Source: a bacterium (GTDB taxonomy: Bacteria > UBA8248). Taken from it: a stretch of DNA of 64,000 nucleotides. A program made the position numbers and the translations under genes. The DNA lies in the NCBI GenBank assembly GCA_965213625.1, contig CBDBZU010000004.1:1952001-2016000 (forward strand). The letters are read 5' to 3'. This document shows positions 49,835-59,971 of the stretch, one piece after another (the first letter of the stretch is position 1; each line of letters begins with the position of its first letter). The notes below the pieces were generated by a model. That model was not told the DNA's origin and did not search any database. It saw nothing but the letters and a program-made list of their open reading frames with translations.

Positions 49835-50410
49835 ATGAGCGATATTGACTCCACCCCTAGAAATCCGAATGCATCGGCGCATGATCACCCAAAAGTAAAG
49901 TTTCTGAACACTCGTGAAGTTATCTTGTTGGGTGCAATAGGTGGAATTATTACAAATCTAATCGCGCACCCTGGTATTGTTGTTCTAGAATTATCAGAAC
50001 TAAGTTTTACAGACCTATTTGATTTCGTGGGCAGTGCAATAATAGGTGCGTTCCTTGGAGGAATATGGGCTTTTGTCAATATGCCCGAGTATGATCGTAA
50101 GCGTGCTTTACAATTCGGGATGATTGCCCCTGCAGTTTTTGTATCTTTTACATTTGGAAAAGAAAGCATAAAAGAGCAACAGATAAATTCGAAGGAAGAG
50201 AAACCAACTAAACAGACCCAAAAGGAGGATGAGAAAAAGAAACCAACTAAACTGATTCAGAAGGAGGATACGGGAAGCCGTTTCACAATCTTTGAGAACG
50301 CTTACGCTGCAACTCAGCCGTTTTTGCAAGAAGATTTGCACGCCATTATTGAGATAGCATCTAAAAAGAAGAAGAGAAAAAGACCTTGGTGGATAAGGAT
50401 TTTTCGTTAA
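49835..50410 (+). CDS. Hypothetical 3-TM protein with charged tail, AT-rich
   Basis: RBS AGGAGG; LLGAIGG, IIGAFLGGIWAF and ALQFGMIAPAVF helices. Confidence 0.7.
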   Translation: MSDIDSTPRNPNASAHDHPKVKFLNTREVILLGAIGGIITNLIAHPGIVVLELSELSFTDLFDFVGSAIIGAFLGGIWAFVNMPEYDRKRALQFGMIAPAVFVSFTFGKESIKEQQINSKEEKPTKQTQKEDEKKKPTKLIQKEDTGSRFTIFENAYAATQPFLQEDLHAIIEIASKKKKRKRPWWIRIFR

Positions 50411-50575
50411 GAAGTCTAAATCGGATGCAGACGCCTCGGATGTGCAGTCAGGATATTTTCACAAATTTTCTACGAAGCAAGGCAGGCTCGCTGCTTATCA
50501 TTTAATGAAATCATAGCTTCTGCCTGAGGTCATCGTCATTCTGGTGTGATTTTCGACCTGAGAGCAACGGCGTAT

Positions 50576-50603
50576 GTAGGGGCAGACCTGTGTCCGCCCC
50601 TAC
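50576..50603. repeat. GTAG-REP-like palindrome
   Basis: GTAGGGGCAGACCTGTGTCCGCCCCTAC. Confidence 0.7.
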
Positions 50604-50657
50604 AAGAGCGTTCTTCCATTACGAACACCTCGCGGTTTCCTCCTCGGAAAAGGCCGC

Positions 50658-52433
50658 TTACTTCTCAGGCACCACGGGCAGCATGATGTAGGACGCGTGC
50701 TCGGGCCCGCAGTGGAGCGTCACGTTCTTCCCGAAAATCTCCTCGGGCCTGTCCACCGGGTCGTCGTGCAAAAACGGCCCGCAGCCGCGGAACACGTTCT
50801 TCATGTTCGAGAGCTTGTGCGTGGTGACGCAGCTGTATTCGTAGTCCTTGCCGCGCACGCTCAAGGCCAGCCGGTAGCCGGGGGGCACCACTATGCAGGT
50901 GGGCCAGACCTCGATGTCGAGCTCGTATATCTCGCCGGGGTTCAGGTATTGCTTCTCGTCATGCGCCTGGTATGGCTTCCACTCCGTAGATAGCTCGGGC
51001 ACGAGCTTTCGGTGTGAAGCCCTCAGCCAGCCCTGTGCGATGGGCGTGTTCGGATCGAGCGTGCCCTGGAAGGTAATCTCCTTCATGTCGGGCGTGAACA
51101 GGCGGAGCACTAGGAACAAGTCCGCATCCTGGGTTTCGGATGAGACGAAGAGTTTCGAAGCAATGGGGCCGGTTATCTCCGTCTCCTCATCGAATGGCGG
51201 CAGCATGAACGTCACGCCGTCGCTCATTCCTCCGTAGGTGATGGTCTGCTCGGTGTCGAGCGGCGCGGAACCCAGGTTCATGTGGGCCGGGTCCAGATAA
51301 AACTTCGTCCACTGCGTCCGCGCGAGGGGCCATTCGTTCTCGCCGCGCTCGACGAATTTCTCGCCCACGTGCCGCACCTTGAGCATGACGGGCGGCTTCT
51401 CCATCCAGCCGGTGTTCTCGCCCTTCAGGTAATGGCCGAAGAACTGCTTCTGGAGCTTCTCCCCGTAGGGCGTGTAGAACTCCGTCCAGTGCTCGAAGCC
51501 GTGGACTTCCAACCATTTCTCCGTTGAGGCCGCCCGCATGAAGCCCTCGTAATTCCCCCTCGGGTGCAAGCCCTGCCCGCCCCAGCTCGCCGCCGAGATG
51601 AAAGGCGTCTTTATCTTGTCCCAGTGGGCTGAGCGATCCTGATACCACTCGCCGTCCAGCGGACGCTCGAGAATGTCGCCCCCGTAGTCCGAGCGGTTTT
51701 TCGCCATCTCCTCCTCGCTCAGGGTCTCGGGTCCGCAGGCCAGACCGCCGTGGACGCGGCTTTTGGGGCCGTTCTCCCCCAGGCCGTACTGTACGCTTTT
51801 GACCTGCATGTCGTACCAGTTGGCCAGGAACGTCGTGAGAATGCCGCCCTGGTGGCTCATGTCGCGGTAGAAATCGGCCGCGCCCTCCCAGACGCACATG
51901 GCTTCCAGGTACTTGGGCTGCAGGCCCGCTACGTGCCACTGGTTGATGGCGTAATACGAGATACCCGTGAGGCCCACCTTGCCGTTGCACCAGGGCTGTT
52001 CACCCGCCCATTCGATGCAGATGGCGAAATCCTTGGTCTCGCGCGGGGAGAAGTGGTCGATGTAGCCCGGCGAGCGGCCGGCGCCGCGTGAATCCACGCG
52101 CACGCAGATGTAGCCGTCGGGCACCCATTTCTCCGGGTCCACGACTTCCCAGCTCTGGTGGATGTTCGAGGAATCCGCGATAGCGTCGGGATGCGCGGTG
52201 GCGAAAAGCTCCCACGCCGTCTCGTAGCCGTCCTGCCATGCCAGGTCTTTCGCATAGGGGCCGTAGCTCAAGATGACCGGGTATTCGCCGTCGTCATCGG
52301 GCCGGTAGACGTTCGCCCGCAGCACGAGGCCGTCTTCCATCCGGATGGGAACGTCCCATTCAATCAGAAAGCCGTGCATTTGTTCGGTTCGGTATTGAGG
52401 GTCCGTACTCAGGTCTATATCGCTCATGGTCAC
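50658..52433 (-). CDS. CocE/NonD family hydrolase (copy 2)
   Basis: YPVILSYGPYAK, DSRGAGRSPG, GISYY and GWLRASHR. Confidence 0.93.
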   Translation of the reverse strand: MTMSDIDLSTDPQYRTEQMHGFLIEWDVPIRMEDGLVLRANVYRPDDDGEYPVILSYGPYAKDLAWQDGYETAWELFATAHPDAIADSSNIHQSWEVVDPEKWVPDGYICVRVDSRGAGRSPGYIDHFSPRETKDFAICIEWAGEQPWCNGKVGLTGISYYAINQWHVAGLQPKYLEAMCVWEGAADFYRDMSHQGGILTTFLANWYDMQVKSVQYGLGENGPKSRVHGGLACGPETLSEEEMAKNRSDYGGDILERPLDGEWYQDRSAHWDKIKTPFISAASWGGQGLHPRGNYEGFMRAASTEKWLEVHGFEHWTEFYTPYGEKLQKQFFGHYLKGENTGWMEKPPVMLKVRHVGEKFVERGENEWPLARTQWTKFYLDPAHMNLGSAPLDTEQTITYGGMSDGVTFMLPPFDEETEITGPIASKLFVSSETQDADLFLVLRLFTPDMKEITFQGTLDPNTPIAQGWLRASHRKLVPELSTEWKPYQAHDEKQYLNPGEIYELDIEVWPTCIVVPPGYRLALSVRGKDYEYSCVTTHKLSNMKNVFRGCGPFLHDDPVDRPEEIFGKNVTLHCGPEHASYIMLPVVPEK

Positions 52434-52467
52434 CTCATCTCGTCAGGGGGAAGTTTCATCTTCCGCT

Positions 52468-54219
52468 CTATTTCTCGGGGATCACAGGCAGCATCACGTA
52501 GGCCTCATGCTCACCGCCGCAGTGGAGCGTCACGTTTTTGCCGAACACGTCGGGTGGCCTGTCCTTGGGGTCGTTGTGAATGAAGCATCCGCAGCCGGTG
52601 AACTCGTTTTTCATGTTGGAGAGTCCGCCGCCCGATCCGCCGGGGTACACATAATCCTTGCCGCGCACCGTGAATGCGACCCGGTAGCCCTCGGGAATCA
52701 CGATGCAGGTCGGCCACACCTCGATGTCGAGTTCATAGACCTCGCCAGGTGTTAAGGGCTGTTCCTCATCGTGGGTGTGGTAGGGCCTGTAGGGCAGGGT
52801 TTTCTCGGGATCCAGTTTTCTGTGCGATGCCCGGAGCCAGCCCTGCGCAATGGGCGTGTGCGGGTCGAGCGCGCCCTGGAAGACGACTTCTTCCACGTCC
52901 GGCGTGAACACGCGCACGACCAGGAACATATCCGCATCCTTCGTCTCGGATGAGACGAAAAGCTTGGCCGCGATGGGGCCGGTGACTTCCGTTTCTTCCG
53001 ATATGGGCGGCGTGATGAAGGTGACGCCCTCGCTGAAGCCCGCATAGGTGGTGGTCGCCGCTTCGGTTACGGGAGCGTCTTCGAGCGAATGCGTTTTCGC
53101 GTTCAGGTAGTATTTTGTCCACTGCGTGCGCGCCAGCGGCCATTCGCTCTCGTGCCGCTCGACGAAGCGCTCGCCGGGGTGTCTCACCTGGAGCAGCACG
53201 CGTGGCTGATCCGGCCAGCCGGTGTCTTCGCCTTTCAGGTAATGGCCGAAGAATTTCTTCTGCATGTTGACGCCATAGTCGGTGTAAAACTCCGTCCAGT
53301 GCTCGATGCCGTGGACTTCGAGCCATTTTTCCTCACACCCGGTTTCGAGATAGCCCTCGAAGTTCCCGCGCGGGTGCAGCCCCTGTCCGCCCCAGTTGGC
53401 CGAAGATAGGAGCGGGACCTGGATTTTGCTGAAATCGGGCATACGCGACTGCCAGTATTCGTCGGTGTCGAGCTTGTGGGAAAAGCAATCCTCGCCGAAA
53501 TCGTTGCGGTTCGCACCGAGTTCCTCCTCGGTGAGGGTGATGGGGCCGGAGACCCAGTCGCCCGTGAAGCGGCTCTTGAAGCCGCGCTCGCCGAGGCCAT
53601 GCTGGACGGTGTAGACCTGCATCTCGGACCAGTTGCGCGCAAAACCGTTGCAGAAGATGCCGCCGTGGTGGGCCATTTCCCGGTAATAATCGGCGGCTCC
53701 CTCCCAGACGCACATTGCGCTCAGATGCGGAGGTTGGAGCGAGCCCACCTGCCACTGGTTCATGCCGTAATACGAGATGCCGTTCAGACCTATCTTGCCC
53801 GTGCTCCAGGGTTGGACCGCCGCCCATTCGATGCACTCGTACAAATCCTGCGCCTCGCGCGCCGACCAGATGTCAATAACGCCCGGCGAACGGCCGGCGC
53901 CGCGCGAATCCACGCGAATGCAGATGTAGCCGTCGGGCACCCATTTTTCGGGGTCCACGACTTCCCAGTTCTGGTACTTGTTGGTGGAGCCTGCGGGCAC
54001 GTCGGGATGTTGCTCGACCATGCGCGTCCAGCAGGTCTCATACAAGTCCTCGAAGTGTAGATACTTTCCATACGGGCCGTACGTCAGGATGACGGGGTAT
54101 TTCCCATCGTCCTGCGGGCGGTAGACGTCGCACCGCAAAACGACGCCGTCTTCCATGGGGATCGGCGCATCCCAGTCGATGCGCATCCCGTCTCTGTCTT
54201 CGGTTTTGTAATCGTTCAT
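52468..54219 (-). CDS. CocE/NonD family hydrolase (copy 1)
   Basis: YPVILTYGPYGK, DSRGAGRSPG, GISYY and GWLRASHR. Confidence 0.93.
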   Translation of the reverse strand: MNDYKTEDRDGMRIDWDAPIPMEDGVVLRCDVYRPQDDGKYPVILTYGPYGKYLHFEDLYETCWTRMVEQHPDVPAGSTNKYQNWEVVDPEKWVPDGYICIRVDSRGAGRSPGVIDIWSAREAQDLYECIEWAAVQPWSTGKIGLNGISYYGMNQWQVGSLQPPHLSAMCVWEGAADYYREMAHHGGIFCNGFARNWSEMQVYTVQHGLGERGFKSRFTGDWVSGPITLTEEELGANRNDFGEDCFSHKLDTDEYWQSRMPDFSKIQVPLLSSANWGGQGLHPRGNFEGYLETGCEEKWLEVHGIEHWTEFYTDYGVNMQKKFFGHYLKGEDTGWPDQPRVLLQVRHPGERFVERHESEWPLARTQWTKYYLNAKTHSLEDAPVTEAATTTYAGFSEGVTFITPPISEETEVTGPIAAKLFVSSETKDADMFLVVRVFTPDVEEVVFQGALDPHTPIAQGWLRASHRKLDPEKTLPYRPYHTHDEEQPLTPGEVYELDIEVWPTCIVIPEGYRVAFTVRGKDYVYPGGSGGGLSNMKNEFTGCGCFIHNDPKDRPPDVFGKNVTLHCGGEHEAYVMLPVIPEK

Positions 54220-54434
54220 TCAGTCTTTCTCCTCAGCTCATCGAAGATGTTTAAGTGCAGGTAGTTCGTACGGCTACCCTGAAAATTTTAATTGTCGTAT
54301 CGGTGAACGCGGCGATTATAGCCGCCTTGCGCTACGTGATCCAGATAGGGGGGTGGTTTTCTCGAGGATCGATGGCCTCTTCGTGCGCGCCATATTACCG
54401 GGTCGTCATGCGGCAGCACCATCTCCCAGTTCCG

Positions 54435-55751
54435 TCATCCGGTGAAGTGCTCCATCGCGGCGAATCCGATACCCATCAGCGCTGCAACGCCCAGGGTTTT
54501 CATGAGAGACTGGTGCCGCCACAGGAGCATTATCGCGCTCACGCCGCCGATGAGAAGAACCCGCCAGTCCAGGGAGTGCCATACCGGCGTCAGGAGTTTC
54601 ACCGGGCCGATTTGCACAGACGGCAGTTCAGTGAACAGGACGTGCAGACTGAACCAGATGGAGAGGTTGAGAATAACGCCCACCACCGCCGCCGTAATCG
54701 CCTCCAGGGCGCCCTTCAGCCGCGGCTGGGCTGTGAGCTGCTCGATATAGGGCGCACCGGCGAATATCCACAGGAAACAGGGCGCAAACGTGACCCAGAG
54801 CGTGACCAGCGCGCCGGCGATCCCCATGCTCACCCCGCCCGCACGGTATCCTGCGACATAGCCGACGAACTCCGTGACCAGGATGAGCGGCCCCGGGGTG
54901 GTTTCCGCTAGTCCCAGGCCATCCAGCATTTCGCCTGCGCTCAACCAGCCTTTATGGGTCACCACGTCCTGCGCCAGGTAGGCGAGCACCGCGTAGGCTC
55001 CGCCGAACGTGACTACCGCGAGGCGGGAGAAGAAATTGGCTATTTGCACCAGGACCTCGTAGCCGCCCACAAGCGCCAGCAGCAGCACCGGCGTCCACCA
55101 GACGATTATCCACAAGGCAACCGTCCTCACCGTGCCGGTCACCGACCAGCCATCCCGCTCGATCTCTCGGGTGTCCTGTCCGCCCAGGAGGAAAAATCCG
55201 GCCAGGGCGGATATCAGGATTAGAATAGGGAACGGGACCGACAGAAAGAAAATGGCCACGAAGGCCAGTCCGGCGATAGTCCAGTGCACGGCTGAATGCA
55301 GCGCTCTTTTCGCCACCCTCAGCAAAGCTTCCATCACGATGATCAGGACCGCGCCCTTGATCCCCAGAAACAGCGCGGCCATTACCGGCAGGTGGCCGAC
55401 GGCCATGTACAACATCGCCAGTCCGAGCACCACCAGAGCGCCTGGAACCACGAACAAGAGGCCCGCCAGCAGCCCGCCGGGCACACCGCGAAGTTGCCAC
55501 CCCGCGTAGGTGGCGAGTTGCATGGCTTCGGGGCCGGGCAGCAGCATGCAGAAGCTGAGCGCGCCCAGGAACCTTTCCTCATCGAGCAACTCTTCCTCTT
55601 CGACCAGGATTCGGTGCATGACCGCTATCTGCGCCGCCGGTCCGCCGAATGACAGGATCCCGATGCGCCAGAAAACGGCGAGCATCCGTCGCCAGGTGAA
55701 GTCTGATTCCAGGTGTGCGTCACTGCCGGCGGAGTCTTCGGCGCCCATCAT
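54435..55751 (-). CDS. chrA: Chromate efflux transporter (long-chain CHR)
   Basis: GILSFGGPAAQIAVMH, LLPGPEAMQL, TFGGAYAVL and AETTPGPLI. Confidence 0.93.
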   Translation of the reverse strand: MMGAEDSAGSDAHLESDFTWRRMLAVFWRIGILSFGGPAAQIAVMHRILVEEEELLDEERFLGALSFCMLLPGPEAMQLATYAGWQLRGVPGGLLAGLLFVVPGALVVLGLAMLYMAVGHLPVMAALFLGIKGAVLIIVMEALLRVAKRALHSAVHWTIAGLAFVAIFFLSVPFPILILISALAGFFLLGGQDTREIERDGWSVTGTVRTVALWIIVWWTPVLLLALVGGYEVLVQIANFFSRLAVVTFGGAYAVLAYLAQDVVTHKGWLSAGEMLDGLGLAETTPGPLILVTEFVGYVAGYRAGGVSMGIAGALVTLWVTFAPCFLWIFAGAPYIEQLTAQPRLKGALEAITAAVVGVILNLSIWFSLHVLFTELPSVQIGPVKLLTPVWHSLDWRVLLIGGVSAIMLLWRHQSLMKTLGVAALMGIGFAAMEHFTG

Positions 55752-55823
55752 TGTTCTCCCACATCAGACGGAATTAACACCGCAATGATGGTGTTCGTTT
55801 ATATCCGAGAAGAAAAACGCCGC

Positions 55824-56855
55824 TCAATCCGTTCGGTAGGCTTGCGTGATGGCCTGGCTCGAAGTGTTCCAGCCCGGTATGACGAGGCAGGACGGGCCGG
55901 GGATGCCGCCTGCGACGATCAGGAGGATGTCTTCTGGTTCGTGCACCATGGGGACGGGAGAATCATCGTCGTCGTGGTCCACCCAGTCCGGCCAGCGCGA
56001 GAGCTCGGCCCCCCGGTAGCGCCCGCCTTTTTTGAGGACGCCCACGGGCATTCTCGCCCGCTCGCAGAGTTCTCCTTTCACGTCCTCGCGGTTAAGACCA
56101 CCTCTCGCGAGGATGTCGGCATGATCGGGCGCGACCACGATCACCCAGTTCGTCTGTGTGTAGGCCGTCGTGGCGCCCATCGCGCACATGGTGTTCGAGA
56201 GCGTGGTGAGGACGCCTTCGGGCTTTGCGCTCACGTCGTCCATCGCCATGCGAGGCGCCTCGGCGTTGCAGACGGTGAGGACGTCGGCATCCGCCCCGAA
56301 GCCGAAATCGCCCGGCATCGGCTCCCAGGGGCTTTGTTCCTCGTTCTCGCGGACGCAGTAGGTGAACTTGGATGGGCTGCCGAAGGTGCTCATGTCAGAG
56401 ACGCCCGGTATGCCGCCGCCCAGGTTCATCAAGATGAGCCTTATCGCGCGGCCGATGGTGGCGTTCGCCCGGAAGCCGGGGCCGAAGCATCCAGACCCCC
56501 CGTGGACGCCGATCTCCTTTGCATAGGGGCCGTTCAGTATCAACAAGGGTCCACCGGTGAACATGGTGGCCTGAATGCCCACGAGGTTGAAGCGCTCGAT
56601 CAACATCGCCTCGACCGCCCCCAGTACAACGGGCAGGTATTCAGGTCTGCAGCCCGCCATCAAGGCGTGCAAAGCGACGCTCTCCACCGTCGCCGCATTC
56701 AGCGAGGGCGGAACGTCTCCTAAAACTTCGCCTGCGTCTCTGCTCGTGCCGGCCAGCATCCAGGCGAGACGCTCGGGCGTGGGCGTCACCACGGGCAGCC
56801 CGTCCGACCAGGGCATCTCTAAGAAATACTCAAAGGGGTCTTGCGTCTCGTTCAT
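55824..56855 (-). CDS. Conserved hypothetical protein (WSDGLPVVTPT family), paralog of 27461-28486
   Basis: PWSDGLPVVTPT, MAGCRPEYLPV, GPGFRANATIGRA and ENEEQSPW. Confidence 0.8.
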   Translation of the reverse strand: MNETQDPFEYFLEMPWSDGLPVVTPTPERLAWMLAGTSRDAGEVLGDVPPSLNAATVESVALHALMAGCRPEYLPVVLGAVEAMLIERFNLVGIQATMFTGGPLLILNGPYAKEIGVHGGSGCFGPGFRANATIGRAIRLILMNLGGGIPGVSDMSTFGSPSKFTYCVRENEEQSPWEPMPGDFGFGADADVLTVCNAEAPRMAMDDVSAKPEGVLTTLSNTMCAMGATTAYTQTNWVIVVAPDHADILARGGLNREDVKGELCERARMPVGVLKKGGRYRGAELSRWPDWVDHDDDDSPVPMVHEPEDILLIVAGGIPGPSCLVIPGWNTSSQAITQAYRTD

Positions 56856-56864
56856 CGTGTGTCC

Positions 56865-57758
56865 TTACAGGGTGAGATTGTAGAACTTTCTCGCATTCTC
56901 GAACGATACCTTGCGGATCGCCTCCTCCGATAACCCTGCGTTTCGCATGGCGCGCAGCGTCTTGGGAACCGAGAGGATGTCGATGGGCCGGTAGCCCAGA
57001 TGGTCGGAATTGATCATGATCCGGTCCGGCCCGAACCTCTCCACCCACTCGATGACCTGGGCGGGATGTAGGGGCCTGAGCGCGCTGCCGATGCTGATGG
57101 CGCACATGGCGCGCGTGTGCTCGTGGATGTGTTCGACCGTAGTGGCGTCGGTGTGATCGACGGCCACTTTGGCTTCATCGAAGCCGGTCTTCCGGATGAT
57201 TTCCAGGTCTTTTTGCATGTAGTGGAGCCGGATCTGCTCGGGCGGCACGTCCGCCTGCACGGCGACTTTTCCGAGGAAATCCTTGCTCTTTTTGGGTGTC
57301 GGCGTATGGAGGATAATGGGTTTATTGTACTTTTTCGCCATATCCGCCTGCGCTTCGAGACACGCGGCCTGTTCTTCCATCGGCCAGGTGAGGGAGAAAT
57401 ACTGCGTGGGGTCGAGGCCGATCTCACCCAGGGCTACGACGTTTTCGTCTTCAAGAAAACCGGGCATCTTCTCGAGCAGTTTTTCCCAGTCGGTCACCCG
57501 CGTCATCGAGCTGATGCCGACCGCGCAGCTGATTTGGATGAAGTGCTGCGCCTCGAGGGCCCGGACCATCTCGAGGGGGCCTTCCCAGAAGCGCATAATG
57601 TCGTCATAACCGGGCGCTTCGTCCCACACCTCGCGGTAGAGGTGGGGGTTGCCGCAGGAGAGCACCGCCGCACGCATGCCCGTCGTGCCGAGCAGTTCCC
57701 ACTCGTCCCAGTTCAGGGCGTGCATGTGGTTGTGGCTGTCGATGTATTCGCCGAACAC
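56865..57758 (-). CDS. TatD-like amidohydrolase
   Basis: YIDSHNH, VALGEIGLD, IILHTP, VDH, INSD and ENARKFY. Confidence 0.85.
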   Translation of the reverse strand: MFGEYIDSHNHMHALNWDEWELLGTTGMRAAVLSCGNPHLYREVWDEAPGYDDIMRFWEGPLEMVRALEAQHFIQISCAVGISSMTRVTDWEKLLEKMPGFLEDENVVALGEIGLDPTQYFSLTWPMEEQAACLEAQADMAKKYNKPIILHTPTPKKSKDFLGKVAVQADVPPEQIRLHYMQKDLEIIRKTGFDEAKVAVDHTDATTVEHIHEHTRAMCAISIGSALRPLHPAQVIEWVERFGPDRIMINSDHLGYRPIDILSVPKTLRAMRNAGLSEEAIRKVSFENARKFYNLTL

Positions 57759-57913
57759 CGGAACCTCTCCGCTAAGTTTCGCGCTTTGAGGCTCAACCTA
57801 TCCGCATGGCCCCCGGCGGTCAAGGGGGAATTGTCCATCGGGCGGAATGTAGGAGAAGACTTTGCTCGCTCCAGCGGTCGGCTCGCCTATGCGCGGGAAG
57901 CCGACTTGCGTGC

Positions 57914-58504
57914 CTACTCGAAGTGGCCGTTTGTATGCGCGAGATTCGCTTCCAGCTCTTCGATGCGCCTGTTCTTCTCGTCCAGCGCTTTCTTGTACCG
58001 GTTGACAGCCAGTTTCGATCGCTTCAGTTCGCCACGCAGGTTTTTCTCACTGGATTCGAGTTCGTTCACCCGCGCCCGGAGTTGCTCGAATTCCTCGCGA
58101 GTGGGAACTTTCGGCTTCTTGAGTGGAGTGGGAGCCTTCTTGATGCACGTTTTTTCTTTCTCCGGGGATTGGAAGTCTGTGAATCTCAGTACGGATGAAA
58201 CGGCAGCAAGCGCCTGGGTCATCGTGGGAAAATTGAGTACGCGCGACAGTTCAACGCCTGCTAGGGCCATGCACCGGCTCGCCCTCGTGTAGCTGATTCC
58301 GACGCTTTGGAGCCAGTCCATCCATTGTCCGTGCGCTTGTTTCTTTCTCACTTCCAGTAGTGCACGTCCACACCTCCAGGCGGCTTCGATCGTTGATTTG
58401 TACGACGCCTGGAATTTCCGATCCCAGAAGATCGCTTTTCCCTCCGGCGTCCGGGCGGCGGCAGTCCCGTTCGATTCGACAAGCTCGGCATTCTTCATTT
58501 TCAT
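57914..58504 (-). CDS. DUF3102-like phage-type protein with coiled-coil tail
   Basis: GRALLEVRKKQAHGQWMDWL...ISYTRASRCM; RBS GGAGG. Confidence 0.65.
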   Translation of the reverse strand: MKMKNAELVESNGTAAARTPEGKAIFWDRKFQASYKSTIEAAWRCGRALLEVRKKQAHGQWMDWLQSVGISYTRASRCMALAGVELSRVLNFPTMTQALAAVSSVLRFTDFQSPEKEKTCIKKAPTPLKKPKVPTREEFEQLRARVNELESSEKNLRGELKRSKLAVNRYKKALDEKNRRIEELEANLAHTNGHFE

Positions 58505-58739
58505 TCCTCCTCGAACAAAACCGACCCCGTATTTTAGCACCGCCGCCCGCTCAAGCCAAAAAAAATCGTTCGGGGAAAAGATGCCGGTTTGGTGGTTTTC
58601 TGCATCGGCGAACTGCATCTGTCGAAAAGGGAGAAGGAAGGAAATCCTCAATGCGATAGGGCTTGCAATATGCAGTCTAACCTATTGAATAAATTGATTA
58701 TAACTGTATTGAGGAGTGGCGAGAGGGAATAATAAACAT

Positions 58740-58815
58740 TGGTGCGCGTGGCAGGAGTCGAACCTGCGACTTCCTGCTCCGGAGGCAGGCGCTCTATCCT
58801 CTGAGCTACACGCGC
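58740..58815 (-). tRNA. tRNA-Arg(CCG)
   Basis: 76-nt cloverleaf GCGCGTG...CCTGC-CTCCGGA-GCAGG...GGTTCGACTCC...CACGCGC-ACCA. Confidence 0.97.
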
Positions 58816-58845
58816 ATATTCATCAACCGCTTTTGAGCCTAACCC

Positions 58846-59085
58846 CTATAGCATGGAGTGCGTGCCGTCGCACATGGGCGCGTTGCCCGTCTGCTTGCAT
58901 CCGCAAAAGGCGCAAGGTTTTCCCGCCTGTACGTCGAGGACGATGGGGCGGAACTCCGATCCCTTGTGCGAGCCGTCGCAGAAAGGCTGCGATTTACTCA
59001 GGCCGCAGGCGCACCAGGCGACTTTCTCGTCCTTTTCCGGTTTGTAGATATAGGGTGCTTTCTGGGCCACATGAGGGTCGGCCAT
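58846..59085 (-). CDS. CDGSH iron-sulfur domain protein (two domains)
   Basis: WCACGLSKSQPFCDGSH and FCGCKQTGNAPMCDGTH. Confidence 0.93.
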   Translation of the reverse strand: MADPHVAQKAPYIYKPEKDEKVAWCACGLSKSQPFCDGSHKGSEFRPIVLDVQAGKPCAFCGCKQTGNAPMCDGTHSML

Positions 59086-59221
59086 CAGTACAGTCTCCTT
59101 TGTCTTGACGCTGTAGGCGATATGAATCAGGTTCGCTATTCTAGTCCGAATCACCGCCCTTGAAAAGAACCGCCCAGTTAGGAGGGCGAAACGCCCCGCT
59201 TGCAAGCGAAAAGGAATCCAG

Positions 59222-59860
59222 TTGCCCGCATCCACGCCCGCGCGTCTTCTTCGCATACTAGAGCAGACCTACCCCGACGCGCGCTGCGCGCTTCATTACC
59301 GAAACCCGCTCGAACTGCTGGTGGCGACGATGCTCTCCGCCCAGTGCACGGATGAGCGGGTGAACATGGTGACCCCCGCCCTTTTCGCCCGCTATCCCGA
59401 CGCCGCCTCGTATGCGGAGGCCGCGCCCGCTGAACTCGAGGAGTTGATTCACTCCTGCGGATTCTACCGCCAGAAGGCGAAGTCCATCCGTGCGTGCTGC
59501 CGCCGCCTCGTGAATGAATATGGCGGCGAGGTGCCGGACGATATGGAAGATCTGGTGACCCTGCCCGGCGTGGGGCGCAAGACGGCCAACGTCGTCTTGA
59601 ACGAGGCATACGGTGAGCCCGCAATCGCGGTGGATACGCACGTTCTGCGCACCGGGAACCGGCTGGGCTGGATATCAACGCGCGACCCGGTGAAGGCCGA
59701 ATTTCAGCTATTGGACGCCGTGCCGAAAAAATGGTGGGGCCGCGTCACGCTTCTCCTGATTCATCACGGAAGAAATTGCTGCTCGGCGAGAAAGCCGCTT
59801 TGCACGGATTGTCCGATCCTGAAAAGCTGTCCACATGGACAGGAGGTGGTTTCCTCCTGA
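59222..59860 (+). CDS. nth: Endonuclease III
   Basis: LLVATMLSAQCTDERVN, HhH LPGVGRKTANVV, VDTHV and the C-terminal 4Fe-4S Cys motif. Confidence 0.95.
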   Translation: MPASTPARLLRILEQTYPDARCALHYRNPLELLVATMLSAQCTDERVNMVTPALFARYPDAASYAEAAPAELEELIHSCGFYRQKAKSIRACCRRLVNEYGGEVPDDMEDLVTLPGVGRKTANVVLNEAYGEPAIAVDTHVLRTGNRLGWISTRDPVKAEFQLLDAVPKKWWGRVTLLLIHHGRNCCSARKPLCTDCPILKSCPHGQEVVSS

Positions 59861-59971
59861 AAATTTTCGGGGATTTCCGCGTTCGACTGGACAATTCAAT
59901 TTCTCTGTTCTTATAATCGGGCATCTGATGATTCGTCCCGAGAAGTCGAACTTGTAACCCGGAGGTTATCC

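Noticed and set aside
26346-50603. Repeat clusters as CRISPR arrays
   Set aside because: Repeats are inverted, irregularly spaced and dispersed, there are no cas genes, and RAYT/REP explains them.
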